64,000 nt of DNA from the human T2T-CHM13v2.0 reference genome, Homo sapiens. Positions 1 to 14,335 of the stretch are shown here, piece by piece; positions within the stretch are counted from its first letter, which is position 1, and the number at the start of each line of letters is the position of its first letter. Where the stretch lies: the NCBI RefSeq assembly GCF_009914755.1, contig NC_060934.1. The stretch is one strand, 5' to 3'. Below the pieces are notes generated by a model. The model was given only the letters and a program-made list of their open reading frames with translations. It was not told where the DNA came from and did no database searches. Position numbers and translations under genes: made by a program.

Positions 1-2370
1 AAGATTAACAAAAAAGATCCAAATAAGCACAATCAGCCATAACAAAGGCGACATTCACTCGAGTCCCACAGAGATTCAAAAGATTCTCAGAGACTACTAT
101 GAACATTTCTATGTGCACAACTAGATAATCTAGAAGAAATGAATACATTCCTGGAAACACACAACCTCCCAAGATTGAACCAGGAAGAACCTGAAACACT
201 GAACAGACCAACAATGAATTACAGAATGAATTGAATAAGTAATAGAAGCCTGGGACTAGATGAATTCATAGCTGAATTCTACCAGACACACAAAGGGGAG
301 CTCATGCCAATCCTACTGAAACTATTCCAAAAAATCGAGGACGAGAGATTCTCCTCTGACTTACTCTACAAAACCTATATCATCATGATACCAAAATATG
401 GCAAATACTCACACAAAAAACAAAACCCTAGGCCAATATATCTGATGAACATAGTTGAAAAAAATCCTCAACAAAGTACTTGCAAACCACATTCAGCAGC
501 ACATCAAAAAGATAATACAATATCAAGTGAACTTTATTCCTGGGATGTAAGGGTTGTTCAAATATATACAAATCAGTTAATGTGATTCACCACATAAACA
601 GAATTTAAAATGAAAAAAAAAAACATAAGATTATCTCCACAGATGCAGGTAAAACATTTGATAAACTCCAACATGCCTTCATAATTAAAACCCTCAATAG
701 ACTAGGCATTCAAAGAACATACCTAAAATAATAAGAACCATCTATTGACAAACCTAGTCTACATTATACTAAACAGGCAAAAGTTGGAAGAATTCCCATA
801 AGAACAAGAACAATACAAGAATATCCACTTTCACCATTCTTATTCAACTTAGTACTGGAAGCCCTAGCCAGAATGATCAGACAAAAGCAAGAAACAAAAG
901 GAATCCAAATAGGAAAAGAGGAAATTAAATTTTATTTCTTCACTGATGATAGGATTCTATACCTAGAAAACCCTAATGATTCTGACCAAAGACTCCTAGA
1001 GTTGATTAAAAATTTCAGTAAAGTTTTAAGATAAGAAATCAATATACAAAAAGCAGTAGTATTTCTATACAATGCAATATTCAAACTGAGAACCAAATCA
1101 AGAACACAATCCCATTTACAAGAGCCACAGAAAAAAAAAAAGAAATACTTAGGAATACCTCTATCCAAGGAGGTAAAAGATCTCTTTAAGTAGAACTACA
1201 AAACACTGCTGAATGAAATCATAGATGACACAAACAAATGGAAAAATATTACATGCTTATGGATTGGAAGAATCAACATCATTAAAATGTCTTTACTGCC
1301 CAAAGCAATCTACAAATTCAGTGCAGTTCCTATCAAACTGCCAAAGTTATTTTTACACAGAATTAGAAAATCAATTCTAAAATTTGTATTTAACTAAAAA
1401 AGAGCCTGAATAGCCAAAGCAATCTTAAGCTAAAAGAACAAAGGCAGGGGCAACACATTACCTGACTTCAAACTATACTACGAGGCTACAATAACCAAAA
1501 TAGCATGGTTTGGGTACAAAAATAGACACATAGACCAATGGAACAAAATAGAGAATCCAGAAATGAAGTCCCATACCTACAACCAACTGATCTTTAACAA
1601 AATTGATAAAAATACAATGGGGCAAGGATACCCTATTCAATTAATGGTGCTGGGAAAACTGGCTAACCATATTCGGAAGAATGAAATTAGACTCCTGTCT
1701 CTCACCATATAAAAAAATTAACTCAAGATTGATTAAAGACTTAAATGTAAAACTTTAAACTATAAGAAGCCTAGAATTAGACCTAAGAAGCTCTTTTGGA
1801 TATTGGCCTATGCAAAGAATTTATGACTAAGTACTAAAACACAAAAGCAACAAAAACAAAAGTTGACAAGTGAGACCAAATTAAACTAAAGAGCTTCTGC
1901 ACACTTGCATGTTATATTGCAAATATGAAATAGCAAAGACATGGAATCAACATTGGTTTCCAACAATGGTGGATTGGATAAAGAAACTATGATGCATATA
2001 CACCATGGAATACTATGTAGCCAGAAGAAAGAATGAAATCCTTTCCTTTGCAGTAACATAGATGTGCCTGGATGCCATCATCCTAAATGAATTAAGATGT
2101 AAACAGAAAACCAAATACCGCATGTCCTCACTTATAGGTGAGAGCTAAACTTTGGGTACACAGGAGCAAAAGGATGGAAATAACAGACACTGGGGCCTCC
2201 AAAACAGGGGAAGGAAGGAGGGCAAGGTTTGAAAAGCTACTTATTGGGTACTATGTTTACTATTCAGATAATAAGTTCAATAGAAGCCCAAACCTCAGCA
2301 TCATGCAATATGTTCATGTAACAAATGTACACATGCATGCTTAATCTAAAATAAAAATTAAATAATCAAA
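1..2370 (+). mobile_element. L1 (L1PB-like) 3' portion: decayed ORF2 and 3'UTR, with an internal deletion near 1904
   Basis: ORF2-like frame 304-585 (PILLKLFQKIE...IIMIPKYGK...PIYLMNI) with frameshifts; L1PB-type 3'UTR (aatagaagcccaaacctcagcatcatgcaata...atctaaaataaaa); runs off the left edge of the window. Confidence 0.9.
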
Positions 2371-2710
2371 TAAAATGATTTCCATGAATAAAATGGTAGA
2401 TATGATTATGTGGAAAATGCTTTACTATTTATTATGTGGTGAATAATTTAATAATATTTAATAAATACATGAATGAAAAATAGCTACAACTGTGTGTTAG
2501 GATTTCAATAATTTTTTATTTCATTCCTAATAACTTTTATGTATTATTATATACATAATAATATATATAGTTAATAATAACAAAAACAACATGGTATTGA
2601 AATAATTTCCACCCAGACGGAGGATCAACATATTTAAGTGATTACACTACTCAAGATAAAAATCATTTATCAAACAGATCAAAGTCATTTACCTGCTTTC
2701 CTTTTTATAG

Positions 2711-2814
2711 GTCCTAGGAACACACGTGCCACAGACAATAAAACATCACTTCCCCCATCCCACTACTTTGGACTTTATTTAACATCTTTGGGTAGAACAG
2801 AAACTGTTGATAAG
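2711..2814 (+). other. candidate internal exon (104 nt), probably non-coding
   Basis: acceptor ctgctttcctttttatag|G and consensus donor AAG|gtgagt; no transcript evidence available. Confidence 0.3.
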
Positions 2815-2888
2815 GTGAGTTTTGTTTTATAGACAAGAGAGGAAAATGGATACTTTGTGTGGTCTGGGCCTTAGAAACAGACTAAGAT

Positions 2889-4050
2889 CTTTTTTTTTCT
2901 ATTTTGCTTTTTTTACTAGGATAAAATATTAATTGGCAAAACATCGAATACAAGCTTCACTATCATAAAATCAAAACATTTAAGCAATATTCCAAAAAAG
3001 ATTTGACAAAAACTAGACACCAAGAGTACAAAAATTACACATCAACACAAAGCATAAAAAATGTGAACTTTCAAATTAAACAGTCAAAAACATGTACCTG
3101 CATGATCACCTCCACACCTTGACTGCCTTCGTCTGCAGCACGCTGCTGGTAAAGGCTGGGTGGCTGCACCGTCGTCCCCTAACCTAACATTGCTTTCATC
3201 TGTGAAAATTCGCTTGATAGCCAATTAAGCCATGGAGGCTATTACATTTACACGGAGGCTACGCACAATCTCAGGGGAGGCTCAAACAGCAGTTCGTTCC
3301 TCACACGCACTGTTGGGTGCAAAGGGCACCTGGAGAGTGAGGGAGACCTGGGCGCTTTCCTGCGGGGCCTTGGCCACGCGGCCGTCGCCCGCACCCTGTC
3401 CCTTGCCTGGCAGGGGACACAATATTTGTACAGATTATGGTATAATTTGAACGATTTCCTAATCTACTTATCTTAATTTATATAGTTTATTTAAATGTCA
3501 AGGCAGAGAAATACATTGCTCATGTTAAGGTCACGTGATGTGGTGGCGCAGTAATGACTTCCTGAGGAAACAGAGAAATTGGATGTTTTGTGATTTAGCT
3601 ATGTGCACTAAACTTATTTTCCATGTTTTGAGAGCACATTAAACATTCACGTACAATGTGGGAATAGGCTGGCTCGTAACCAAAACGTCCAACCCAGTGC
3701 CACCCTTTGAATCGCTGCGAACACCATCCTATTGCGGTTCAGAGAAAACAAGCAAGGCTGCGAAGCCCGGGGGTTCAGGCAGCTGCAGCGCTTGGGCCAA
3801 GGTAGCTCCGCTCTCTGGTCTGAAGCCACGTGGCCCCACCCCGGGGCGGCCTGGCTTTTTTATATTGCTTATTGCTGTGTTTGGCATGCCATTCAACCCA
3901 TCGGGATGTTGGATAGTGACTTGAGAGCAATACCTAGATTTGCCCTGTCGGGATGTTGCATACTGAGCTCGGAATAAGCCCTGCTCAATTGAGGCACTAT
4001 CACTAGGAGGAGGCACTGATTCCCGCCTTTCAATGCTGTCTATTGGTGAA
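2889..4050 (-). pseudogene. processed-pseudogene-like fragment (mostly 3'UTR) of an unidentified parent gene
   Basis: A-rich tail on the minus strand (T-runs 2890-2914), U/GU-rich 3'UTR-like text, abrupt GC/CpG-rich island (about 35 CpGs in 3130-4025) in an AT-rich background; no clear TSD; right boundary approximate. Confidence 0.55.
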
Positions 4051-5898
4051 AGAGGAGTTGGATGGCATCTGGGAAATTAGTATCACTTCTACTTTTTCTT
4101 CTTTTCTTTTAAAGGTTAAAAATACCTTGTATTAGTTAATACTGCTATAAAATATGAATATCCAAATCTCTGTGGCTCAGTAAAATAGATTTTTTTTTCA
4201 CTCAGAGAAAGTTCAGGTCCACCCTTAGTAACCCAGGCTGACAGAGACTCTTCCATTTTCTATACATAGCTTCCCCAATTGCCCAGAGAAGAGTGGAAAG
4301 ATTTTATAGGTGACTGTACACAAGAATAAGAACTTAGTACCTAGTCACTAATTTACTCGTTGAATAAACATTTATGGAGCTTAACATATTAATCACTAGG
4401 CAGACGCTGGGACACAAGAAAAATCTTTAAGATATGTCACTGCTTATTACCAATAATGTTCTAGTGAGTAACGAGAGTTAATAATACGACTAATTATAGT
4501 ATTGTAAATATAATTACAGTTCCAATAAGACATACACACACAGAGAACAATTTTATCTGGTGGTTGAGGAAATCTTTATTGATTTAAGATATCTTTTGAT
4601 GAACAGGATTTTTCAATAACTATCAGAAAAAGAATGTCTATGACTTATTTTTAAAAATGATTTTCTTATCTGCCTTGCATATCTGACACTTTCATCTCCT
4701 ATCTTCCTTGAATACAATATAGAACCTGACATTTCTTTCCTTTCAAAGATCCTTAGAGCATTTCCTACATTTAATCTGAATGTCTTTCTCAGTAATTTTT
4801 CCTATACAAGCAATTATGGCTACATTTTCTTAATATAATCATGAAAAGGTGAGCAAAACTGAAAATTTAATTTGGAGAATAGATACGAAACATATTCAAT
4901 TAATTCAAGTTGTTGTTAGGCTGCATATGTTCAGCTTTCAGTGAAGATGAACAAATGATGATAAATGAGAAACTGAAAGAAAACAAACCAATAGGTGTTT
5001 TTTAAGAAACAATATTATTAAAGTGCATGTGTTTTCTACTGAATGAAAGCAACATAGACCTTTTCCTCACATTGGTAGTTAGTAAGATATATAAAAACAA
5101 CTTTGTAAAGAACAATTAATACAGGTTAATGAATCATTGTGAAAAGGGGATAACACACTTTATTCTAGGAATGATCTGCAAGGTGTTAAAAGTTAAAAAA
5201 GATGAAGAACAATTGAGTAGTTATTTGATCATAGTGTTTATTAAATTGCTTTTCCTGTATCTGGAAAGCTTTACAGAAATGTCTTCAACAGAATAACTGT
5301 GTTAAAAGCCAAATGAAATGCATTATGAAATATGATTCTTCACTTGGTGTGCAGGTATAATCTCAGGTGTAATTCACACAAAGAGACAAATTCAATTTTA
5401 AAGTTCCATTTGTTACAATTTGATGATTGTGATTAAAGAACCATAAAAATTTTATCTTTGACATTTCATTTTTTCCTCACAAAAGCATTCTACTGTAATT
5501 TTCTTAGTTTTCTTTCCTCTTAACTGTGGTGTTACCTATAAATGCTGGATTTCTCTGTTTTACGTGCAACAAATCTACAATCAACTATTTCTGGAACACC
5601 ACTTCATCTTAACAACAAGGACCCATAAATATTTTAAAAATTCAAAATGTTATATATAAAACGCTAAATGATACACATAATACATTTCTAAGTAGTAATT
5701 ATGATTATGCCCATAATTATACCCATAATTTAAAAATATGTTACCTGAAGTAAATTATTATACATTTTATGTTGGAAGTGTTCATTTATCTTTGATCTCT
5801 GTTAACACATTGTACTATGTGGTAATAATATAAACTGCCTTACTGGATAGTGATGTATCTTTGGTTTCATATTGTTACTGGACTAATATTCCAACACT

Positions 5899-6066
5899 AT
5901 AGATAGTGAAATTTAACATTGAAACAATTTGATAATGCCATCAATGAATCCAGTTTTTAAGAATGGGATCCATTTTCTAAAATTGAGTATATAGATACTT
6001 CATGAGATATCTTATCATGCATCCTAAACCAAACCAACCTCTTCCCCTGACTGTCTTACAGTGTAT
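5899..6066 (+). repeat. local duplication, copy A (168 bp)
   Basis: ungapped match to 8351-8518, about 26 mismatches by hand count. Confidence 0.9.
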
Positions 6067-6519
6067 TATTATTTTATCCACCGCAGCAACTAGTACATTT
6101 TTCAGAACCTAGTAGATATTCAGTCATTGTCTATGGAATACATGAACACATTCTGAATTTGGACAGTCATCATTCTTGGTGTTTTAAAACAAACACTTCC
6201 TGAATTGCATCCACTATTTTCTAAGAAGCCCTAGGAATTCATTGAAGGAGGGTATGGGTAAGTTGGGGGTGAAACTGTAAAGATGTAGGTCCTCCTCCCA
6301 AAACTTCTTCAGCGTATCTTCATTGCTGTTTGTTTGTTTGCTTGCTTGCTTATTTTAAAAGAGATCTAGATATAGTCTAATAAGAATTGCATAAATGTGA
6401 TGTTCCACAATGATTCTAACTTACATGGTGCAAAATAATAAAATATTACATTCTAGCTGTTTGTAGAAAACCATGGATACTATAAAGGATCTAGATTTTC
6501 TCTCTCCTTTCCTCCTAAG

Positions 6520-6720
6520 ATTTATTCACTCAGCAAAGACTTACCTGGTGACTACTTAGTGCTAGACACTGTTTTAGATACTTGGGCTATAACAGTGAAA
6601 AGAACAGTAATTGAATTAACGAAAAGTTCATTTTAATTAGCTGTATGGTAAAATAGGAAACTAACAAAAATAAAATATAACATGTCAAATGGCAATGACT
6701 GCTCTGAGAAAAATAAAGGA
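6520..6720 (-). mobile_element. L2 3' end fragment
   Basis: ttattcactcagcaaagacttac...gtgctagacactgttttagatacttggg...acagtgaaaaga resembles the reverse complement of the L2 tail. Confidence 0.55.
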
Positions 6721-6973
6721 GAATAAGAGGTTCTAAATTATTATATATGGCCAATATTACCAACATATTATAGAAAGCAATGAGTTCATAATGTTTATCA
6801 GAGAATTCCATGAAAATCGCTAAATTTTTCTAGAAAGCCAGGCACTGATAAGAGAATAAACAAACAGATAACCGATTTTAATTTGATCTTCTCTTACAGG
6901 TGCAGCTATGATCTGCCATTGTATATAATATAAAATTAAAAATTGTTTATATTTCATTCACGTTAGCATATAA

Positions 6974-7279
<306 letters not shown>

Positions 7280-7737
7280 AACATTTTTACATTTAAATAT
7301 CAGACATCTATCAGATTCCTTTCTCCCTACTACAAACATTGTATGCTTTTCGATAGGCATAAGATTTTGTTTTCATTCAGGTTGGATTCAACAAGTATTA
7401 TTTAGCAGTTCATTGCATCTATCCATTTACCCAATAGAGGAAGTATACAAGATACAAATGAATAAAGTGTAATAATTCTTATACTATTTGCCCTTATGTC
7501 ATGTAACTGCTCCATGTTTGTATTCCGAAAACCTAACTGGGAGGGAAAACTCAGAAAAATAGAATAAAAAGTATTATATATCTCATACATCCTCATTTTA
7601 GAATATTCTAGGGGTACAGATCAGTATAAATAAAATACTCTGGTAAGTGCCCACCACATCATCTGTTTGTCATTCTTAGACCCAGAGTATACCATTCTTT
7701 TAAGAAAGAAAACTTGCTACTGTACCTCCTACCCAGT

Positions 7738-7826
7738 AACATATATATCACATATCATATATATATCATAACATATATATCATATATCATATATACACAT
7801 ATCATATATCTCATATATATAACATA
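7738..7826. repeat. TA-rich simple repeat (ATATATC-like)
   Basis: direct reading of the sequence. Confidence 0.9.
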
Positions 7827-8350
7827 TTTGCTACTGGTTAGGAGTAACACTCAGAAAATCACACTTAATAATGTAGTACAATTAGGTATAAATTCACTTA
7901 GTATTTTTAAATTTTACGTGTATTCCTATTTATATGAATGGTCATTTAAAATCACATCTACTGATCCTGATAGCATTAAAGGCATAAGAGGTACTGAGGA
8001 TATTAATTTAATTTTGTTTACAGCTATGCACAGATATTTTTAGTTCACTCAGATTTAATCCAGTAGTCTATTATTTGATTAATTGTACAGCTATCAAATC
8101 ATTCAGGACTCCCACTGTTTCAACAACGAGTGGAAAAATATTTTTTCATTTATGTTTATATGCAGCTATTTGTAGTCTAAATTAATATCCTAGCAATTGA
8201 TGGTGAAATTAAAATTATTTCTGTCAGATATGGTAATTTGATGACAGTGGATAAGCATGGGAGTAAAAGAAAGTTTTGGGGAAGAGGGGACAGTTTTTGT
8301 TTACTTAATGATTATTCCAAAGATGTTAAGTAAACATTCTATAGAATGCT

Positions 8351-8518
8351 ACAGATAGTGGAATACAGCATTGAAACAATTTAATAATGTAGTCATTGAG
8401 TCCAGTTTTTAGAAATGGGATCTATTTTCTAAAACTGAGCATACAGACACTTCATGAGATGCTTTATCACGCATCCTAAACCAAACCAACCCCTTCCCTT
8501 GACTGTCTTGCAGTGCAT
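8351..8518 (+). repeat. local duplication, copy B (168 bp)
   Basis: ungapped match to 5899-6066 at an offset of 2452 bp. Confidence 0.9.
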
Positions 8519-9129
8519 AGGGCATCTCTACACTCTAGGAAAGAAATTATCAATCTGTTTATATGCCACTTATAAAATCATACTTAATGTACGATTAGGC
8601 ATAAATTTACTTGCATTTTTAAATTTTGTAAAATGTTAACGGTAAGTGTTCTTGAAAAATATTTCTGAGAATATTTTCCAAAAAATGAACAAATTTTAAT
8701 ACATAAGGGACAATATCTTTGTAGTGAATTGATTATCAGAGTGTAATGTGGTATGTTCTGATTATGTTACATAATATTCTGATTAGCAGAAAATTCTGAA
8801 TAAGTGAATTTAGCAAAATGTTTAGAGGTCAAGAAAACTGTTTTAGACTGACTATGTTTTCTGACCCAAATGTAAGAAAGAACCCAATAAAAAGAGGCAG
8901 CCAGATAATGCTGTTGTTTGCAAACTTAAACAGAAGCTTGCATGTAATTTATGACTCAAAGAAAAATAAAAATAGAAGTTATACTTTATTTAGAACTTAA
9001 TGACAGTGAAAAATTACACATAAAAAGGAAGACTGTTGAATACAGCAAAAGCTGGAATTATATAAGAAATATAAACATAAACACACAAAATAAGTGTAAA
9101 TTATAATGAAGTAAAAATATATCAAAGAG

Positions 9130-9480
9130 AAAGAAGGAAGTAGTACAATAAAAAATAAAGCTGATTCTTTAAAAACCATAGTTAAATAGACAAATTTCCA
9201 GCCAGATTGTTTACCAAGTAAAGAGAAAAAGAAGGAGATAGATCAAAAGACACAAGATGGTGATGAAAAGAGGGTTAGCACTTATAAACATAGTAGAAAT
9301 TTAAGCCATAATGAGCACAAGAAAGCATTATCAACTTACTTTTGAATATATAAAATAAAGACACTTAAAAAAACTGAACAAAAATGACTTACTAGTTTTA
9401 AAAGAAAAAAGAAAAAACATCAAACATCTATCCTTCCAAAAGTATAGACTTCAAAAGTATAGTCCCAGATGGGTGAACAT
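9130..9480 (+). mobile_element. old L1 (L1M) ORF2 fragment
   Basis: aaagctgattctttaaaaa...aaatagacaaatt...ccagattg-like A-rich ORF2 text; boundaries approximate. Confidence 0.5.
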
Positions 9481-9607
9481 AAACCACACTTTAAGCAAGA
9501 ACTCTCCATTATAACTGCTTGCAATTTTAGAGGATACCAGCCACACTCCTGAACCAGAGCTTGGCACTGGCTATTCCCTCTGGAACACCCTTTTATTTCC
9601 TTCTCTA

Positions 9608-10042
9608 AGCAAAGACATGGAATCAACCTAAATGCCCATCAGTGGTCTGCTGGATAAAGAAAATGTGGTATATAAACACCATGGAATACTATGCAGCCAT
9701 AAAAAAAGAACAAGATCTTGTTCTTTGCAGGGATGTGGATCTAGTTAGAGACCATTATCCTTAGCAAACTAACACAGGAACAGAAGATCAAACACTGCAT
9801 GTTCTCACTCATAGGTGGGAGCTAAATGATTAGAACACACGGACACATAGAGTGGGGGACAACACACACTGGGGCTTTTTGGAGGGTGGAGAACTGGAGG
9901 AGGGAGAAGATAAAAAAGAATAACTAGTGGTTACTAGGCTTAATACTGGGGTGATGAAATAATCTGTACAACAAACCACCATGATACAAGTTTACCTATG
10001 TAATGAACCTGCACTTGTACCCCTGAACTTAAAAGTTAAAAA
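9608..10042 (+). mobile_element. 5'-truncated L1PA (about L1PA13-16) 3' end
   Basis: agcaaagacatggaatcaacctaaatgcccatc...gtgatgaaataatctgtacaacaaacc...ccctgaacttaaaagttaaaa. Confidence 0.92.
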
Positions 10043-10849
10043 TGAATGAAGCCTGTCAGAACCACCCATTTAGCAGTCTAACATTTTCCCTAGTATTCCC
10101 AAACCCCTTTGCCTAGCCAACATTTTCCACAGCACTTTTTGTCTTCAAACTACTGGCCTGAAGCAATCTGGCTTAGCTTTCTGAGTAGCTGGAATTGCAG
10201 GTGTACCAGTGTGCCCAGCCACAGTTTTTTCAAGACCTGTTTAAGATAACAGGTTAGAGAAAATCAAGATAATATTTTGAGGGGGAAGAAGGTAAAATCA
10301 ATTAAGACAGGGTGCACAGAGTACTTGAATGGTACAGATAATGTTTATCCTTTGTACTAAATGGTGTGTATGTGGGAACTGATTATATTATTTTGACTGT
10401 TTGTAGTCATATTATATACATATGTGTATAAATAAAAATAAAAGAAAAAATATAAGCTAAATTTATAGATATATTAATTTTATTTAAATAGAACAAAGAT
10501 ATGCCAGTATTCAAATGTCTGCAATGATTCTTAAAATGCACAGAACCTGTGTTTAGGTACAGTATCACACTGTTCATCCAGGCTTCATTCACTCGAATCT
10601 ACTCTTATCTAAAATTTGTACTGTAAGTAAAATTACATTCTGTATGACAGAAAGCAAATTATAATATTAGAACAACATTATGGAAAATTGGCATAACATT
10701 GTACAATCATCCATTACTTTATTATTTATCATTTTGCAACTTTTTATTATATTAGTAAAAAAAGTCTAACTGTACTTAATAGCTAATACATATGTTATTT
10801 GATATTTTTAAAGACCATTATTAAAATAATAATAATTTGGGGGTGAGAA

Positions 10850-11330
10850 GGCCTATTGAAAAATGACCAACGTGGAAATCATAAATAAGTTTGATGCAAC
10901 AAATATTTGTGAGTCTTATAGTTAAAAATGTAAAAATTCATTATAAACAAAGCTAAAAGACAATAATATGCATTGGGAAATATTTGCAACATTTACTTCA
11001 AGGGTTGATGTCCTTAAGAGAATTTTTACAAATTAATAAACATTTAAAAAGGTGAGGAATGGCAATAGCTATGAGAGACAATTTACAAAAACATAAAAAA
11101 TATGAAAACTGTTTAATCTGTAAGTACATCAATAAAAATTTTATTATAGTAGTTATGTTATCTATTAAATTAGGAAAGGTCAATACAATTGGTAATCTTC
11201 CAAGCAAATATAGGGGAGAAGGGCTTTCTCATACACTTATAAGAATATTATTTTGTTAGAATGCAATTAAATAAACACTTGGTAAAAATCTATATCCTTT
11301 GTCCAAACAATTTCAGTTCTAGACCTCTAG
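10850..11330 (+). mobile_element. old L1ME-like fragment
   Basis: aaaagaca...tgggaaatatttgcaaca...aagggttgatgtcctta-type ORF2 3' text, highly diverged. Confidence 0.45.
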
Positions 11331-12434
11331 AATCCACATATACATATACATATATACATACATATACACACACACATTCATACCTATATATTAACAACTC
11401 AAATCCAGCTCCAACTCTTTTGTAAGTAGTATTTTGTCCAACAAATAAATTTATCTCAAATTCTTCTTGACTTTCCTCCATTATAGAGCCAGCAATTCTA
11501 CGTGTAACTCTACCTCTAATTCCTTTATTTGCATTTATTTCTGCTTTCAAACCCTTATATGAGGCAAGTGGGATTAATTTATTTCATTACCTTAACTAGA
11601 TTCATTGCTTTACTTTGTCAAACTCTGATTGATTTGCTCAACTCAATCTTATGTGTTCAAGAACTTAATGTGGATTCCTGTTCCACCTTATGAAAGTCTT
11701 TTCCAAAAACTTGCTAAATTCTTGACTCAAGACATTCCAGTCAGTAATGCATTTCTCTCCTCAAATACAATGGAACTGTGTTCTAATAAGTACTCTTCAA
11801 CAATGTGCAGTTATTTCTCCACAACTATCAATTCCCCTTTAAGCAGAATTTTACTAAAAATGGCTTTATCCTTCTGGGGATAATCAGTAAAATGGCAATT
11901 GGTGGGCGAATTAAAAATATATTAAAAGCAGATGGCAGAACATGAGTGCAGATTTTTACTACAAAGCTTAGGAAAAGCAAAAGGAACTTGAATAGAGAAA
12001 ATGCAGAAAAGCCCTCCTTTGGCTATTAGGACGGAGAGAGCAGAAGTATGTTTAGAGCTTCAAAGAGTCTGACTCTTTGCAACTGTTTATCTTAGGACTT
12101 TAAGGAAGTAAAAGGTGCAAGTGAAACACTCTGGATTATAAAATAGAATCTGACACAGAGGATTCAACCCAGTTAATATGCATGTTGCTCACATGGAAAT
12201 GCTGAGAAATTTTTAGCAAATAGATAGAAAATGACAGATGGTAGGTATATAGAAAATAATTGTAGGAAAAAATGTAAAATGAAGACGTATGGTATTCCTT
12301 TTATATTTTATTTTGTTAATATGTTGCCCATATTGCTTTATTTCAAAGAATGCAAAACCAAAAAAGTAGTTCCTTCCTAACTTCCCCTGCAGCCTTGTCT
12401 TGTGGAGCTTGTATTTTACTTCATGAGAAATGCC

Positions 12435-12925
12435 AAGGAGATGTCATTTAAGCTGAAACCTCCAGCAGAATTAGCCACAATATTTGGGAAAAAGATGTTT
12501 CCAGAAAAAGAAAGAGCTAGTATAAATGTCCTTAGGCAAGAAGGAGCTCACGATGATTGAGGAACAACAACAAAAAAGATTATTTCACTCAAGAAAAGTG
12601 AATTGGGAGTACAGATATAAATGATGAGGTCTGAATATGATTCATGGGGCAGGTCACACTAGGGTGTTTGGGTGTGGTCTAAATGAATGCGCGGCATGAG
12701 TTGTTTTAAGGAGAGGAGTGACATGATTTGACAAGTTCTTAAGAGATCCCTTTGATTACTCTGGGGAGAATAGAAATAAAGTAGCAGAAATGAAAGCAAA
12801 GGGAGATAGTAGGAAATAATTGCACATTTATAAGCAAGAAATGATGTTGGCTTGGACTCTGGTTATAGCAACAAATAAAGAAAAAAGGAAATACTGAGAA
12901 AAGTTGATTGGATTTGCTGACATTC
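12435..12925 (-). mobile_element. L2 fragment
   Basis: ggagatgtcatttaagctgaaacct...gagaggagtgacatgatttgac...atgatgttggcttggact. Confidence 0.65.
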
Positions 12926-14044
12926 TCAACATAAATGGAAGTCAGTATTTTTTTCTAATAAATATAATATGCATAAATATTTTTAAATATTTAATTCTTT
13001 TACCACTAATGGGGCACGAGTAGACTTCAGGGAACATGCCAGTACAGAAACATATAAATGTGATCATTGGTAGAGATAGGAATTAATAGGCATTTGAATC
13101 TCTCCCTCAACCTGGAATACCACAAATAAAGCTCTTTGCTTTTCATGTTGCATTGTTATCATACCCTATAGTTTTCTGCCATTTTCAGTTACTTAATATT
13201 ATGTTTTGCCTCAATAGATTATAGTGCTTTCTCTTGTTGTGTTATATTTGCAGCAATTATTAGTGAAGTTTTAAACTTCAATATCACATCTAAAACAAAA
13301 CAAAATTGTTGCCTACTATTTTCCATTAAAACATGAGACCACTATGACAAAAAAAGCTAAACGTGTCATGAAATGACTTACATTGGATGAAAGTATATGC
13401 AATATATTAAGAAATAATCTCTGACTTTGTAGTTTTTTATTTGTAGTTTTTACTAGAACATGAAATCAATATGTGAACCCTGGCTGGAGTTTGCATCTAA
13501 ATGTAATAAAATAAAAGAAAGTTTAATATTATCATTGAAGCATTAATGTACATTAGCGAGCTGGACTATATAAAATAAACTTTATTATATTTAGCATTTG
13601 ATTTTTATTTATGTATATTATAAAATGAATATAGTTTATATTATAATAAAAATAAAAGAAGTAGTATGTTAACTAATTAGTATAAGATGCCTACAAACTA
13701 CATATCTGCCTAAATTTTTGACCCATGAAACTTCAATGATTTGTGTTAATGTTAAGGCCTACATTTATTTATATATATATATATATAATTAGGGGAGGAA
13801 TTGTTAATTCTTTCATTTTAAAAATTTTAACTTTGCAGACAAAGTTGACTATACCTGTGGCAGAACACTGCAACAGCTATAAATAAATAAATAAATAAAT
13901 AAATAACTTTTATTTTCTGTGGAGCTCCCAGAATTATGAATTATTCTGTAGATTGAGATTTGCCAAGGTCCTTTTCTTAGAGTTGCAAGAGCATAGGAGA
14001 AAGTCAAGGGAAATAATAAGCAGCACTTGATTTCCTTTACCACA

Positions 14045-14275
14045 GTGGATGGGCTTCTAAAACCAAATTACCTGACTATAAATCCAGATCTATCTTCTGC
14101 AGGCTACGTGATTGTGGATGTTACCTCTTCTGTGCTTCAATTTCCTCATCTGTAAAATGGAATTATAGCCTACCCTATTTTGTAGTATAGTGAGGATAAA
14201 TAGAATGAATGTATGTAGTTCTTAGAATAGAGCATGGCACGTGATAAGTGGTCAATAAAATATTGTTTACTACTA
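14045..14275 (+). mobile_element. MIR
   Basis: core tctgtgcttcaatttcctcatctgtaaaatgg; tail ggcacgtgataagtggtcaataaa. Confidence 0.85.
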
Positions 14276-14335
14276 GTTATGTAACAGTCACTTCACACAT
14301 AATAATGATTTAATAAAGGAATAAGAAGAATGTAG

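Noticed and set aside
3729-4016. 95-aa ORF in the retrocopy as a named protein
   Set aside because: Non-ATG start and no recognisable family in any frame; I could not identify the parent, so no symbol is given.
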